DNA of 64,000 bases. Origin: Zygnema circumcarinatum SAG 698-1b (Eukaryota; Plantae; Zygnematophyceae). Under the pieces are notes generated by a model. That model was given only the letters and a program-made list of their open reading frames with translations, ran no database searches and was not told the origin of the DNA. Shown here piece by piece: positions 27,253-41,000 of the stretch (its first letter is position 1; every line of letters begins with the position of its first letter). The translations under genes were made by a program, and so were the position numbers. The stretch is from positions 2,141,361 through 2,205,360 of the forward strand of contig CM074805.1 in the NCBI GenBank assembly GCA_037447605.1, read 5' to 3'.

Positions 27253-29360
27253 TATTTGATGGCATCGTTATGGTCATGCTGTGCTGTGCGGCACATTCGC
27301 AGAGGGAGGAGGGAGCGGCGGAATAATTTCTCCATTCATTCATTCATTCATTCGGCAACTATTTTCCTTGTCGACCGTACGGCGAATCTCGGCATGTTCC
27401 GCGGCGGGCGCTGCCCGAGATCCGATCGTCGCGCTAGCCGCGGCCCGCGACGATATGAGAGGCCGCCGGACGCGGGGAAGGAGGGAGGGGAGGGGGCGCG
27501 TACGGCCATGCTGACAGCATACCGTACAGAGGTATTGTATGACGTCATCATCGCCATTGTGAGATCAACGCCACATCTCTCCCAAGGGCCCAGACAGACT
27601 TAACTCGCGGATGATTACAGTACAGCAGTACGGCTCTCATCAAGGTGCGGGAACGTCCGTATTCCTTAGGGCACGGTGGGGACGCCGTGAATTGTAGATG
27701 GGCAAATAATGGAAACCGAGCGGATCAACATCGTGGGATCAATGAATGCCACGTGAGTTGATCATCTAGAGACTTCCTTAGATCAAACTAACCAGACGTC
27801 ACTACCGCGGTGGGACTCTCGGAGTCGACATATGTAACAGGATGCCTAATACGGTCGCCAGGGGAAGTTGAAGGACTATGCGAGCGAGCCAGAAGTAGTT
27901 GCCAACGAACAGGGTCCTGACCACACGTAATGACCAGTGCCACTGTCATTTCAGCCAGGGGCGGTTGCTTGACTGGCTCGACTTCGCCACAACTTAGACA
28001 CATTTGTAGTGATAACGGGCGAGAACCTGTGGAAAATGTGACGTTATGCCCGAGAGCACTATCCCAATTTGATCCGCGCAAGAATTAGTCGTAGTTAGAA
28101 ACTCCCCACTAACAATTAGGGCGGCCTTAGTTACCGCCGTCGTTGGCTGTGGCCACTTGCCCTGCCGCCGTGGCATCAGCGCATCCAGGATTTGAGTTTA
28201 GAGACGGCTGACCAGCGAGGCTGACCAATGAGTTGAGAGCAGAGGAGGAGTGGAGATAGTGTGGGGCTATGGGGGGAGGGGGGAGAGAGGAGGGCGGGAT
28301 CGAGAGGCAGACAGAGAGGGGGAGGCTGGGAGGGAACAGGAGACGCGGGAGAGAGAGAGAGCACGCGGGTAGAGAGCGCGCGGATAGAGAGCGGAGGGAG
28401 AGTGAGATAAGAAAAATTGAAACTTCCGAAACTTATGTTCAATTTATTTGAAGAATAAGTCCGAAAATATGTTCAGATGTTCAAAAATGTTAGTTTTACT
28501 GGATGGCGCAACCAGTGTGTGTCTGGCCGTGTACATGTAACGAAAACCACCGACATCAATACCGAATGGCATAAATACTCTGATCCACAGTATGCACGCC
28601 ATTACCAATGACTGTGCGCGCGTCTTCAGTGTGGTCGCGCCATTAGAGGTAAACCAGGAAAATAGACGTGTTTGCAATTAGCATGTCTCGCACGTCTAAG
28701 ACAACATCCTCAAACTTGAAAAAATCGGAAAAAATGCAACAAAAAGAAAGGAATCGAGTTTTGTCGAAAATAGAATTGATTGAGCAATGATTGACAATTC
28801 ATACTGGGGGGCGGTCTGCTCGGCGTCCAGCCATGCTTGCAGAGAGCAGCAGGAGCAGCATGCATGCTTTCAAGCCAATAAAGCCACTCCCCCCTATGAT
28901 GGTAGCCGAAGCCACCTCTGAAACAATTTGAGCTTGAACTCGCCTGAATAAGTGTCCTAGTTCATTCGCCACAACTGGCTCAGCAAAACGCTGCCTCTGA
29001 CTACTCTCCACATATAGGGCCCCCTTGAGAGTTACAGGCCCACTCCAGCGCGTAATGATTCAATACACTAAACATAAACGCAAGTAGTTTAGCCATGTTG
29101 ACTAGTTCCCGCTAGGGTTACAAATAAGAAAATGGCCACGCCAATTCGCATTTTTTTAAAAGAGCTGATCTAGGAAACTGTTGGCAAAAAGTCAGCAGTG
29201 TGCGGCAGTTCAGAAGCGATAGGTTAACGCTTCTTCGGCTGCATAGAACGAAATTCGTCTGCTTAATTTTGAAAGAAGGTGATAACAAAAAGAGTCAGTG
29301 GTGGAGGAGTGAAGGACAAGGGTCGAAGGGAATTGCACAGTAATAAACATTTTGTTCAGG

Positions 29361-31408
29361 TCAATATCCTGACTTGAAAAGGAGCACGGCATGGCTGTCG
29401 ATGTAGAAATAGAGAAAGTGTTTGGACTCATGCGTTACATATGAACCTGGCAAACATAAAACGAACATGTGGAACCACACCCAAGTCAGTTAACAACGTA
29501 AGCTCAATCCTCTGAACTGATACCAGCAGAGGTATAACTGATACCTCTTCTATACCGTCGTCCTTCAGTAAGACTGGTCTAATCTGGACAGTGAACAAAA
29601 CGAAACAAGAGTGATGGAGCTTGGTGAGCAGCATCCTCTCTACAACTCTTGGACAACCTTTCTGCTCAAGCCCAACATCAGGCAACTGGAAAAAGAACGA
29701 CATAGGATTGATTATCCATATGCGACATAATGCTTACATAATGTGGGCAACTTCATATGCAAACACAGGAAGGGGCTGTCGACGGCTAGTTCGATAAACT
29801 TTTGGCATGAGAGGACTGAACACTTACCAAAACTTCGACCAACTACACAGTGCCAAGTGGGCCCGTAATTCCTGTCGAACTCTTTCTTTATGTAGGTCGC
29901 CATGTCCTTTTCTATGCTGAACTTGTCAAGAGCCTGCCATGCTCAAATAATGCCAAAACAGTGACATCATCAACCCCGTCAAATGACATGGAGTAAAAAA
30001 GCACGCTAGGAAGCAGCAATCCCCGGTCAAGGAATTGCCCACGACCCTAACTTTCCCTAGGTTAAAAAAAAATGAAAAAAGAAAAAGATTAAGATTCCAG
30101 AATAGAGAACAGGAAAGCAGGAGAGGGAAAGGGGTTTAATCTCAGTGGCAAAATACGTCAAAAAATCTGAAATTGGATGGCTTACAATTACGCATAATTC
30201 AGCATGTATTTAAAAGTACTGAGAAGTGTCAGATAGTGCACAGAGGCGTAAACAGGAGCTAAAAACAACGTCGTCCTCTGCGAGTCTTCGCAAAGAGTAA
30301 CTCCTTCAGAAACGCTGATTTCCAAATTTACCTTTTTAACCGCGAAACAACCCTTAAAGCAGTCAGCTCATTCTTTTCTCACTCCAATTCACGACAGGAA
30401 GTCAGAACACATGTTCCGTAACCATTCAGTCTAAGTTTGTAAAGTCTGTCGAACGGATTCACTGTTGACAAAAATATTCTTTCCGTTGACCAAACCGCGA
30501 AAGCCAGCGGCTTCATGTGCCCTTAACCACCCTAATATTCCATGACCTGTACAATGAAAAGTTTGAACCAATAAACTCTCACAGGCTGCCGAATGCGAAT
30601 GACCGACTCGATTCAATTCGTCCAATTTTCTCAACAACCTCCAATTCGTCCGGTTGCCGCCACTAGGGCATGTCAGACATGCAAAAATCGAACGGAAGAA
30701 TTTTCTTCAGTAGTACTGCAGATATTTTATACGGAGTACACTTTTGAAGGCGAATAGCGATGACCCCAGACTACTCGTTCTGGTATCAGATTTACGGAAG
30801 TTTTTTCTTCAGTGCTACTGACGATTTTTAAGTGTGACATGCGCTAATTCTTGCATTTGCAGTTCGTGCTCCCCGTAACTGCAAGACTATGGAAGGACAT
30901 CCATGGTGCAACGGAAGAACGCCAGACACATGACTGCCTCCCTCTGCAGGCACCTTAGTTGTCCCGTGTCTCCCTCTTAAATTATACCAATTATCAGTAT
31001 CGAAGCTGACATTGACCTAAAAAGTAAGTGGCACTATCAAGTCCACCCGCTCCCGACTGCGCTAGCCATCCGCATGCCATGCAAGGTTCGATTCGCGTCC
31101 TATCGAGCGGGACCTGCTAAATAGTACATCCACTCTTTCTCAAAACGTGAGCAGCAACGGTCTGCACGTACTCTCCCCTGAAACGTTATAGCTAGCGCCA
31201 AGCTCACCTGCTAGCTACATTTAAAGTAGAGCAATTAAAGGTCTCTAAAAAGCAAAGCAAAGGTCACAGCAAAGCAGACCCAGCGCCACAGCCATGGCGG
31301 CAAAGCTCTCCAGAACCCGCTCACCTGCGAGGCGTACTGCACGGCGGCGGCCTTCATATCCTCGTCCATGTCAGCGCTCTTCATGGTGACACGCCGCATG
31401 GCCGCCAT
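29361..31408 (-). CDS. DYNLL/LC8: Dynein light chain LC8 (91 aa); exons 31325-31408, 29828-29933, 29361-29446
   Basis: [28 protein letters not shown]|[36 protein letters not shown]|[27 protein letters not shown], with phase-compatible GT-AG introns. Confidence 0.95.
30666..30844. mobile_element. Degenerate MITE family C copy inside DLC intron 1
   Basis: TA|GGGCATGTCAGACATGCAAAAATCG...CGATTTTTAAGTGTGACATGCGC|TA. Internal CTACTCGTTCTGGTATCAGATTTACG matches family C TACTCGTTCTGATGTCAAACTTACG. Confidence 0.6.
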
Positions 31409-32346
31409 TCCCCTTCGCCGGCAGCACGCCAGCGTGCCCTCCCCGCCTCCTCTTCCCCCTCTCCCCCTCTCCTCCCTCCTCCCCCCTCTTTTCCCTCCCA
31501 CCCCCCCCCCTCCTCCCTCTCCCTCTCCCTCTCCCTCTCCCTCTCCCTCTCCCTTCTCCCTCTCCCTCCCTCTCCTCCCTCTCCTCCCTCCCTCTCCTCC
31601 CAAGCACCTACCGTGCTTCCTTTCTCCCTCCCTTACGTGGCCGCATGAGGAGCCTCCACGTGGGCAGACAGGTGGCTGCCGATGGTTTCGCGGACGTTCT
31701 TGCCCCGACCCATGTACTCAGTTCCCGTCGCAGCGAACTGCCACGTGGCGCGCACATGGAGCCGCGGCCTCGAGAATGTGCCGGCGCGCAAGGACCTCCG
31801 CCAGATATGGTTCCGGGGGGCGGAAGAACGTTATAACGTATCGGTACTTCGCACATCATCATTAAGTTTACTTTTGTGAAATAGAGAAGTACTACACCTC
31901 CGTTCGGTGCATCTCGGTAGGGAGGGCGAGCCGAGGGACCACTCGCCGAAAGTCATGTCCGTATGACCGTACTGGCACCAGCTTTGAAAAGCCGTACAAT
32001 TCACCGTACAGATCAGCCGTATGATCACAGAATCCAAAAAGCCGGCGGTTACAGTGTACGGCAAAATTCAGTACAGTACATCTTCGTACAGTGATGTTGC
32101 CGCGGAGCCCTACAACTGTTCTGTTTCACGTGGCGTGGGATCCCTGCCGAACAGGGAACTGCGCAGGGGCACTGAGCTATAGTGTAACTGGAACCGAACT
32201 GGAACAAGTCTGAACATCTGTTTCTAAGAGCTGAACTGAGCTGAGCGCGAACGGAGCAGCAGGGAGAGCCTCGCGCAGGTGAAGGCGCGCCTTGGGCAGG
32301 GGAGCCTTCCCCCGTCCTCGTGGTTTGGGCGCGTGGGCTGCAGGCG

Positions 32347-35300
32347 ATGCGGCCATGGCGTCGCTCTCCTCTGCGCGGAGCCTGGGAGCTGGCTGGGCGG
32401 TGCGGGAGGAGCCGAGGGGCGTTTGCTGAGATCCCGCTCGGTTGCTGTACCTCCAATCCTCCCTCCGCTTGTGACCCTGCAGCAGGCGCCATTGCCGAGG
32501 GCGAGCGACGCTGGAAGGGCCCTGCAGCGCCGAGGCTCTTCCTGCAGCAGAAAAACCTCCACTCCGCGGCCAACCCCTTTCATTGGCTCACGGAAGGTCT
32601 GCCTGTGTTCGTCGGATCCAGCGAGAAGGCGGGCAGGGGAGTTTTTGCTGCACGCCAGTTGGAAGCGGGGGAGATCATACACTGGGCAACGCCGGTTGTA
32701 GCTCATCCCGCGCTGGAATGCATGCAGCAGGTTGGAATGCAGCGGGAGAATTGATTTTCTGCTGCTTTGTAAGCAGCAGCTTCTTGTTGAATAGAGCGTG
32801 TGCGTTCATTGAAACTGCAAGGTTTCGGTTGTTTTCTCGCTGACGCCACACTGCGTGTCTTAGGGTATGAAAATAACGTGCAATTCATAATAGGTTACAC
32901 AAGCAAGAGGAGTAGAGCGTGTCTTGCTCTCACTTTACCACTTTTTACTATCCACCGTCGTTGGAGAGCTGTCCATATCAATTTTAAGAAGTTCACATGG
33001 ATGTACGTTAAAATTATTGAACTCATGCCCCTTTGGTAACCCTGAACTTCTACTTTGGCGAGACACAGGTCTGTTACATGTGCTTGCATCCGCTCCCATC
33101 CACAATAGAAGGACGGCTTCCAATTGGCGGTTGTGAAGAAGCCACAGAAGCTGCATCGTCGCCTCACTTTGAAGCAAGGCCAATAGGAGATGAGATGAGG
33201 AAAAGCAATGGCTGGAACAGTTGGAACTCTGTAAAGAGGAATAGAGGATCGGTGCATCGTGCTAGCTGCAAGTTTCCGCTTAAAGACGGTCGTTCTGGGG
33301 AGATGGAGGGGGAGGTGCTCGGAATTAACGTTAGATCAAGAAGCCAGGATGTGTGGTTTTGCAGTGAAGAGTGCTGTAACGTTGCCTGGGTGAGGGTTCA
33401 CAATCTATTCCGGAACTTTGTTGGAACTTCTGGATTTTAGGTCTTGTACAGTTTTCCATTGGATTCACTTTCACTTTCGTTATATTTCTCCAACAGTAGT
33501 TATTTTTTTACACTTTAAAATCGCATGTCTCATTAGCAGCGAGGGAGTTTGGAAGGTTTCAGGATGGCTTCCACAGGATAGAGGCTACTGCCGATTGGGG
33601 TCCACTTCTGGAGTATTGCATGTAAGGCAAATGCTCCCGCTGGATCCTGTGACCCAAATGAACAAAATGATTTCTTTAACATTGCTGTCGTTAGTTATTG
33701 GCGTTTCCTTGACTTACCATCGACTCTGTAGAACTAATCATATCGCCAGTCATTTGTTTTTTCCGTGAACTGCAAACTTATTCCATGCTCCATTCGACGA
33801 GTTGTGGAATGTTTTCCCTGTTTAGTATTTTCAATTTTCCTTCCTTTTCTTTTTTTCCATTTCTTTTTTTGTGCTCATTTTCTTTTTCATATACAAAATG
33901 AGCATTTGCATTTTGGTATTAGCTTCGATACAGGCCTGTCAATTATTGAAAAGAAATCTACTTGATATCTAATTGCTAGGGATGATTCACACTCATCAAG
34001 AGCATTGAAAGGAGTGTGGCTTGGTCAAGTAAGTTTGTATCTAGTAACACCAGCCATAACTACTAGTAGTTGCCAAATGTTGAGGATGCTGCGAAGTGTT
34101 TGAAAGTCAAATTACCTCATCACGCCGTAGTAGCGTAATAGTAAGCTATAGTAACATCTTCTCTGGAATGCTTTCACATTGTGCCAGAGATGGAGGTGTT
34201 AAGTTCTCACTGGTAGCCCGTCGCCTCGTTTGCATGGTCCTTTCGGGAACGATCTCTGCAAATGCCTTGCGACCAATGTGCTTTATGGAAGTGACGGGAA
34301 CGCATCCACAACAGGCAAGTTGAGGGTGACAGTAGCTTGTACTTTGAACGGTTTAACATGGATAATGAAGCTGTTCCCATTGATTCAAGTTTCCTAGTGC
34401 GTGACTGTGGGCTGAAGCAATTTTATAATGGTGCCTTTGAATCAATACTGAGGCGATTCGATGGGCTTTCAGTGGGTGCAGGAGCATCAACTCATAGTGG
34501 ATGCATTAAGGTCTGGTGGACAGTCAGCCGCGGATCTTGAATGTATGGTATTTTCTTTCTACTTTTCCTCTCCCCAGTGCTGCCAGCACAACGTAAGTCA
34601 CTGTTTTGCAATCCAGAAACTCGAATATCACGATGTTGCTTTGTCCCATATGTGTTGCATTTTGTCCTTCTTTACAAGTAAAATCATATACCTGACGATT
34701 AGATATAGCCCCGGTCTTGAATCGTTATGGCGTGGGCCTGCTTGTTTGCTTCCTTTGTTAGGAGTTCCGATGCCTATCTTAGGCTCCCTAAGGCTTGAAC
34801 TCATGGTCCTTTAGAGTGCTATGCTTGGGCTGAAATGGATGGATTCCAGTTCTGAACATTGATTGGTATTCAGCAATCATCGCCCGTCTTCACCTGAATG
34901 CCTTCCAAATCGCAATGGCTGCGCCTCTCCCTGGGCAGTCCATGCTGGACGCTGCTGCGGCAGCTGTAGAGGGTGACGGGTCTGTCGGCACGGCAATCTA
35001 TATGCTCCCTTCGTTTTACAACCACGATTGCGGTAAAGCCGTACAACCCCTGACGATGACCGTATGGATATGCTTTAAAGACTCCCTTTCATTGTGTATG
35101 TTTTGGAAAGTAGCGCGTCTTGGAGGCATACCAAGAGGCGTAGACCAGCTTTGCGTCACTTTCATGATGCCAAAGATTCATACCAGTTTGTGAGTGAAGT
35201 CAATCGTCCACAAGTTAGGAATGCAGTTGATGATATCTGATTGGGGATGTTTTCATCAGCGTTGGAGTCTTCGCATGTTGTCCACTGTTGCAGATCCGAA

Positions 35301-35744
35301 TGTGGACATATCGTGGCCGAACAACGATGCCTCTTCGCGGCTGGTGGCACGCCGCACAATAGAGGAAGGTGGGTGGGGCCCATAGGGGGGTGAGCAAGAC
35401 CCCCGCCTAGCGTCAACACTTGGCCAAGGAGTTTGGTCGGTTTGAATCGCAAAAGAAGGACCTGACGCGAGATTGGAGTCCTGTCTTCTGCTTAGAAGTG
35501 GCCAAGGAAACAGGAGTGGTGCAGTCTGCTTTCTTTGTATTGTTTGTTTTATTTCATTCGTCCTAATACGTGTTTCGATTTAATTGTTGTTGTCCTTTTT
35601 CGCTGAAACTCTTTGCGGGTCGAAGGGGAGGAGCTGCGAATAACATACTTGGACACGAGCATGGGGCGGCGAGCGCGGCAAGCCCTCCTCCAGGGCGCAT
35701 ACGGCTTCGCTTGTGACTGCCCTCGCTGCCGGGACGAGGAGTAG
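32347..35744 (+). CDS. ATXR4: SET-domain (SMYD-type) methyltransferase, ATXR4-like, ~8 exons
   Basis: SSEKAGRGVFAARQLEAGEIIHWATPVVAHP|VCYMCL...WFCSEEC...W|DGFHRIEATADWGPLLEYC|..KFSLVARRLVCMVLSG..|WVQEHQLIVDAL..|LNIDWYSAIIARLHLNAF..GTAIYMLPSFYNHDC|DPNVDISW..|GEELRITYLDTSM...YGFACDCPRC*. The N-terminus is Arg-rich and transit-peptide-like. Confidence 0.9.
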
Positions 35745-36223
35745 TAGCGGGAGCTGTACGCAGGCAATTCAGGAATCGTAGGGTAGCAGAAGCAAAGGCC
35801 AGGTAATGAATAAAGCTGCGCGGTACATGTTTCTTTTCCGAAAATGATCCACTTAAAAAAAAAGTTCTTGGTTCTTGTGGAACAAGCAAGCAAAGATTGC
35901 CAGCGCGTCAGCCATGGCCTTACATTGTTCTCCGTTTTGCCAAAAGCAATCAACCACATTTAAAACCTTGGAAGTTGGCAACTTTCTGCAAGATATAAAG
36001 GCCAAAAAAACACATGATTGGCTGAAGTCCTCTTTTGCCAGGCTGGTCTGGATGTCCCTAATCGCATTTCAGTGATTGCGTCTCATGAAGAAGCAGCTCC
36101 GTAAAAGCCACAACAAAGTGGATAGCCGTATCTCACGATTCACCCGAGAGACAATGCGTTAATTCTGCCGAGTTGAGTCACATCAAGAGGTGCCAGCTCC
36201 AGTAAGCACTTGTGGGTGAATGG

Positions 36224-37130
36224 CTACTTCAGGATCCCCCCTTTACCTGGTTCTTTCTTAGCCTGCCCTTGTCCTGTTGCAACTGCCAAAGATCAATGAA
36301 AGAGACGGATGTATGAGGAAGCCTGGTTCTAGAATCACTACTCGACAAAGTGGCTGCCACGAATCGTCGACATTGTCTGGCATGCAAAGGCCGGCATAAT
36401 GAGAAAATGGAGAAACATTCTAATGAAGGATCAAAGTATTGCCTCCGAAGGGCCATCAGTTGTAGCCCTCAGCTTGCGTTTACCGAAACAGCCCATTTTT
36501 GGCAAATCATTCCCAAGTCAATGAGAAAAATGCTCCTGTGAATGGAAAAACCTATGAAGCAAAACAATCTGTGGACGAATCTATAGAAAGCAAAATCGCA
36601 GGGATGTGCAGCCATAATCGTCTCGGGTCCACCGCGAGCTCAGCATGAATTCGAACGCACTATCCTTTCATATAAAACAGCTGGAAACATGTATTGTTTC
36701 TTGCACATGCACCATCCATTCAGCCAATCTTAACAGCCATGGTTGCTCGACCGTACCCGCACATTTTTCATCTGACACAACCAACAAGCATATCCTTGGA
36801 CCCCCTTCGGCAAAATTTAGCGAAACTCTCCAGCATCTGATGACCAGTAGTCACCAAACAATTGCCAGTTCCAAAAATTCAGCAGTGCACGTTTCATATG
36901 CTTCTCATAGCCGCAGCAGAGACAGCGCCAGTGCTGCACCGCCTGGTCTGCAAAGGTAAGCAGCGTTGAACAGAGAGCAAAGCATGTGTACCTTGGCCAG
37001 TCTTCCCTTTAGTCGCTGCGCCAAGTTTTTCCATTAGGTTGTGGCTCCCGCCCTGCGGAGGGCCGCTGGAGATCCCCTCCTTGTTCAGAATGCGCTGCAT
37101 GGCCTGCTCCTCCTTCTTGGCGCCCGCCAT
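36224..37130 (-). CDS. Putative 81-aa Lys/Gly-rich orphan protein with a WRCLCCGY motif; exons 36992-37130, 36891-36947, 36224-36273
   Basis: Two phase-1 GT-AG introns give an uninterrupted frame, MAGAKKEEQAMQRILNKEGISSGPPQGGSHNLMEKLGAATKGKTGQDQAVQHWRCLCCGYEKHMKRQGQAKKEPGKGGILK*. ATG context is GCAGCCATGG, with a G-box promoter upstream. The donors (GTACAC, GTGCAC) are weak. Confidence 0.5.
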
Positions 37131-38034
37131 GGCTGCGACCGCCTCTATCCTCAAGTGCCCCTCGACTTTTACCCCTCCGCTCCAATTTTCCTTACTTTTG
37201 GCGTCGCTGCCCGCGGACAGAAAAAAAAGCGTTTGGGAGGGAACCAGGGAGCGACACGTGACGGCTAATGGCGATTTTGCATGGGATGACACGTGGCAGG
37301 CACAAGGCTACGGAGACATGTCACATGGAAAGACGGAGAATAGTCAAACGGAGAGACACGGAACTGTGTTCACAGAGTGTGCAGAAAACTGGCCCTGGCC
37401 CTGGCCCCTCGGGCCCTCAGGTGGGCGGGCGGCAGCCAGGAGCGAGGCGGTGGGGGGGGTCAACATGTGGCGGTTTGAGCGCTCGATGCGCCATAATTAC
37501 AAAATGAAAGTTATTTCTGAGGCTCCATTAGATTCACGTTTATTAGAAACTAAATGTAGCTTCAATTCAGAGAGGCGCAATGAAGAAAAAGAGCTTGAAG
37601 TCGATAAGTACTCATGGAATTTGCCTTTTTATTTCCAACCATGCATTAACTCGGTCGGTGCCTATGATCCCGAATGCTTCCCTGAAACCCTAATGAAATG
37701 CCCTCATGCTTCAGTAGCCCTCTTTTTCTAATGTTGCAGATGTCAGCAACAGAACTTTATTGCCGCAGCAAGCGCATGCATGCATGCAGGCAGCACACCC
37801 ACTAACGTGCCCCTCCCTCTACTCTGTGCCGAAATCGAATCGGACGGCTTCGCCATAGACGTCGCTCACTGCAAAACGGGTCTAAATAAATAAACTGCGT
37901 TCCAGGCTCTTCAGTAGACACGTTATTTGCTGCACCTCAAGACTGATAAGTGCAGACGCGGAACACTTCCAGCAGCAAAAGAGTGACGGGACAGTTGCGA
38001 GTGAAGGACTGTTTCACTCCCGCACTGTTCGCGC

Positions 38035-41000
38035 TCACTTCTTTCCGTTAAAGTTGCGGAATAAATGGAATACGTTCTGTTTGCGCCTCGCAGCAAACTT
38101 CTCCCTCAGCCTCATCTGGTCGATCATGTCGCTGGCATCCATGTATTCTAGCAGCTTCCTTCCCATGGTGCGCTTGCGGAAGACTATCTTCCTCACCATG
38201 CCGTGGACTCCCCAGTTGTTGTCAACGACCTGCGGAAGGTGGGGAAAAGTCGGTTCAGATTTTCTCCAGAGATCCATGAACGCTTAATCGAAGAGAACAT
38301 TTATATTAAAAAATAAATAAATAAATAAATAAAAAGACAGAAAGAGAAAGAGAGAGCAAAGGTTTTCAAAACACAGGAGAGCTTTTGAGTTCACTTTACC
38401 TGGGTCACTACAAAGTCCACCGAAGTGCTCATGACTCCAATGCTCTCCGTCTCCTGCAGGAGGAAGGCGTCCATCAGGAAATTGCGGGTCTTGTCGAATG
38501 CGCCGCGGAAGGCACGGTCCAGACTGGCTCCCGCCACGTTAATCGTAATAGGGCTCTCAAGTTCACTGAGGTAGTCGGTGTATGAGTATCCATGAATCAT
38601 ATACACCTGCAGCAGGAGGAAGAAAACCGAGGCGTAAGAATGGGAAACGGAGCAGTAGAACTGGCAGTTTGAAGCATAAGCAGAACATGCAAAACTCTTT
38701 TGCAGCAGTGCAGGTCATGGAACTCTTTTGATCATCAAAAAGGTGATAAGCTTACAAGGGCTGTTTCTCCAAGTGGAAAGTTGAGCATCTTGATGGATTG
38801 AGGGAGTGTCGCCTGCAGAACCATAGACCCGGCCCTAAGCAGTAAGTTCGGGTAAACTTCACTAAAACGTCATTGACTTTCTGCTTTGCGTGGCCATCAA
38901 TGCTGAGGGCTCGTCTCCCATGTCAGCACAAACATTTAGCAGTCGCATTACTTCACTTCGCACATAACGCATCCGTATAAGCTCCAAGCGATAGGTTTTG
39001 CAGAGTCTCTTATACACTGAAAACCTTGACAGCCTACGACCGGTTCTCCAAAAATATACTTACAGCGGGGAGGAGTGTTATGCGCAGCACGACAGTGTAC
39101 GATGTTTCAATGGCCGTCCCGGACAGCTCGCTGTCTCCTTGCGCTGCCAATGAAGCAGTCACAGGGGGAAGCTGTCAGACGCGCCATCAAAGTCTATCAT
39201 TTTTCGAATGCATATTGATCTTAGTGGTGTGTATCAACAAGTTTTGTCTTTCTCGTCCCACCTCCAAGGGTCTTCATGCTGCCTATCTTGAACTAGAAAA
39301 GGGTCACTAAACGCTCGGTATGCACCCGAAGGGTATATCATCAATCTAAGCATTTTAGACCCATCGGAGGTAAGAGCAGCGTTTGCAGACCTGCATGCGT
39401 GTCAGCGAGAACGAGCCTCGCGCCTTCGAGCTGAGCCTTGTAGTACATGGTAGTGCCTGTTGTGACGCGCCAATTGTCGATATTGCCTCCAAACCTGTAC
39501 AAGGAAAATACACATCATTTCAATCTACTCACCCTCTTGTGCTTGACACACTGCTGACATGTGTGGTTAAGCTTACTTCACAACAGCTTGAAAAGCTGCT
39601 ACCATTATGAGAGAGAGGAATTGGGGAGGAAGGGTTGGGGGAGGGAGAGAGAGAGTGGGGGGAGGGAGAGGGAGCAGTCGTACAGGCTGGGAGAGACGGT
39701 GCTGGCCCCTTTCGTGCCACTGGGAGCACCCACGAGGAAGTTCTGCCCGTTCGCAGGCATGACGGCTGCGCGGCCATAGCGAGGAGGTCACGCTCTGGTC
39801 AGTTTGGTTTAACCAGGCCAAAAAACCAAAAATCAACCACAAAGGGAAGTTGCGGGACGGCCGGGAGTCTGACAACTTACCCATAATGCCAATATGAGCG
39901 CGAAGCGGGATCTGGAATGCCAAACTAGCGTTGGTGTATGTGATGTTGGTCAGATTGTTTGCGAGAGCGAACTGGAAGCCAGGGAGGTATTTCACTGGTT
40001 TATTGCTTAATCCTGCGGCGCCAGGACATACTAACCACCGCCTTTCAGAAATGTTCCTCAAAAAATAGAACACATTGTGTCAAGTTCGCCATTCAGCATG
40101 CCGTGTGCTGAGTTCAGACATGGCAGACAAAGATAGCCAAGTGTCTAAAGAAGATGGGATTTTAGCGTTCACCCTTACCTATGTCAACTGGGTGGGGGGT
40201 GATGTAGCCGATGGGTTGTGTGGTGGGCGTGGTTGGTGGTGCAGAGTTAGAGGGATCAATAAGAGAGGGTTGCAGGAACTGAAGCGCAAGCAGGAAACGA
40301 AGAAAAGGAAGGAAGTACAGGAAGTATTAGTAATCGCACGCAAGCAGCTAAGGTGAAGCACAGAGAGCACTCGTGTTTTCCAATTCAAAGTTCGCCTAAG
40401 GGAAACAATAGACTCTTTATGACGACTGTTCCATAGAAACTGGGACTATACCTGATATACAGGGACTCCGTAGTATCCCTTGAGCACCGCGTCATACGTG
40501 ATGTGGTAGATAGTGATGGTGGAGGCATCTCCTGTGAAGTTTGTTCCATCGCGCTTACCTCCCCTGGTGTAGTGGTACCTGCAGGGGGGGTCAAGCAGGA
40601 GGCAAAGAAGTCACTTTCGGCGGATGAAAGATTCGTGTACTGAGATTTCTACTTTTTCCAAATCACAAGCAAACCATCAGTTGAGAACTGGGAAGAATTC
40701 GAAGTACTCCACGTACTAGCGTGGGACATTCCATTGAGTGCTGCTCTGATAACTGTTTCCAGAACGGAAAGGTGGAAACACATACCCAAAGTTTGTGAGA
40801 ACGTTTGCGCCATATGCCCTATTGGTCTTAGGATTCCTGCGAGGCGTCATCTTCAAAATTTCCACCTGCCCCATGCCTCACCATCACTTCAGTATTCGTG
40901 CTCCCCCCTTCCACACCGCCTTTGCGAAGCAACCTTAATCATACATCCAACGCTTCATTCAACTATCCTGCATACATAATATGTGCCGCCTCGTCTGCAA

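Noticed and set aside
27788-28176. Short ORFs in a unique intergenic block
   Set aside because: No domain motif, splice pattern or repeat partner identified.
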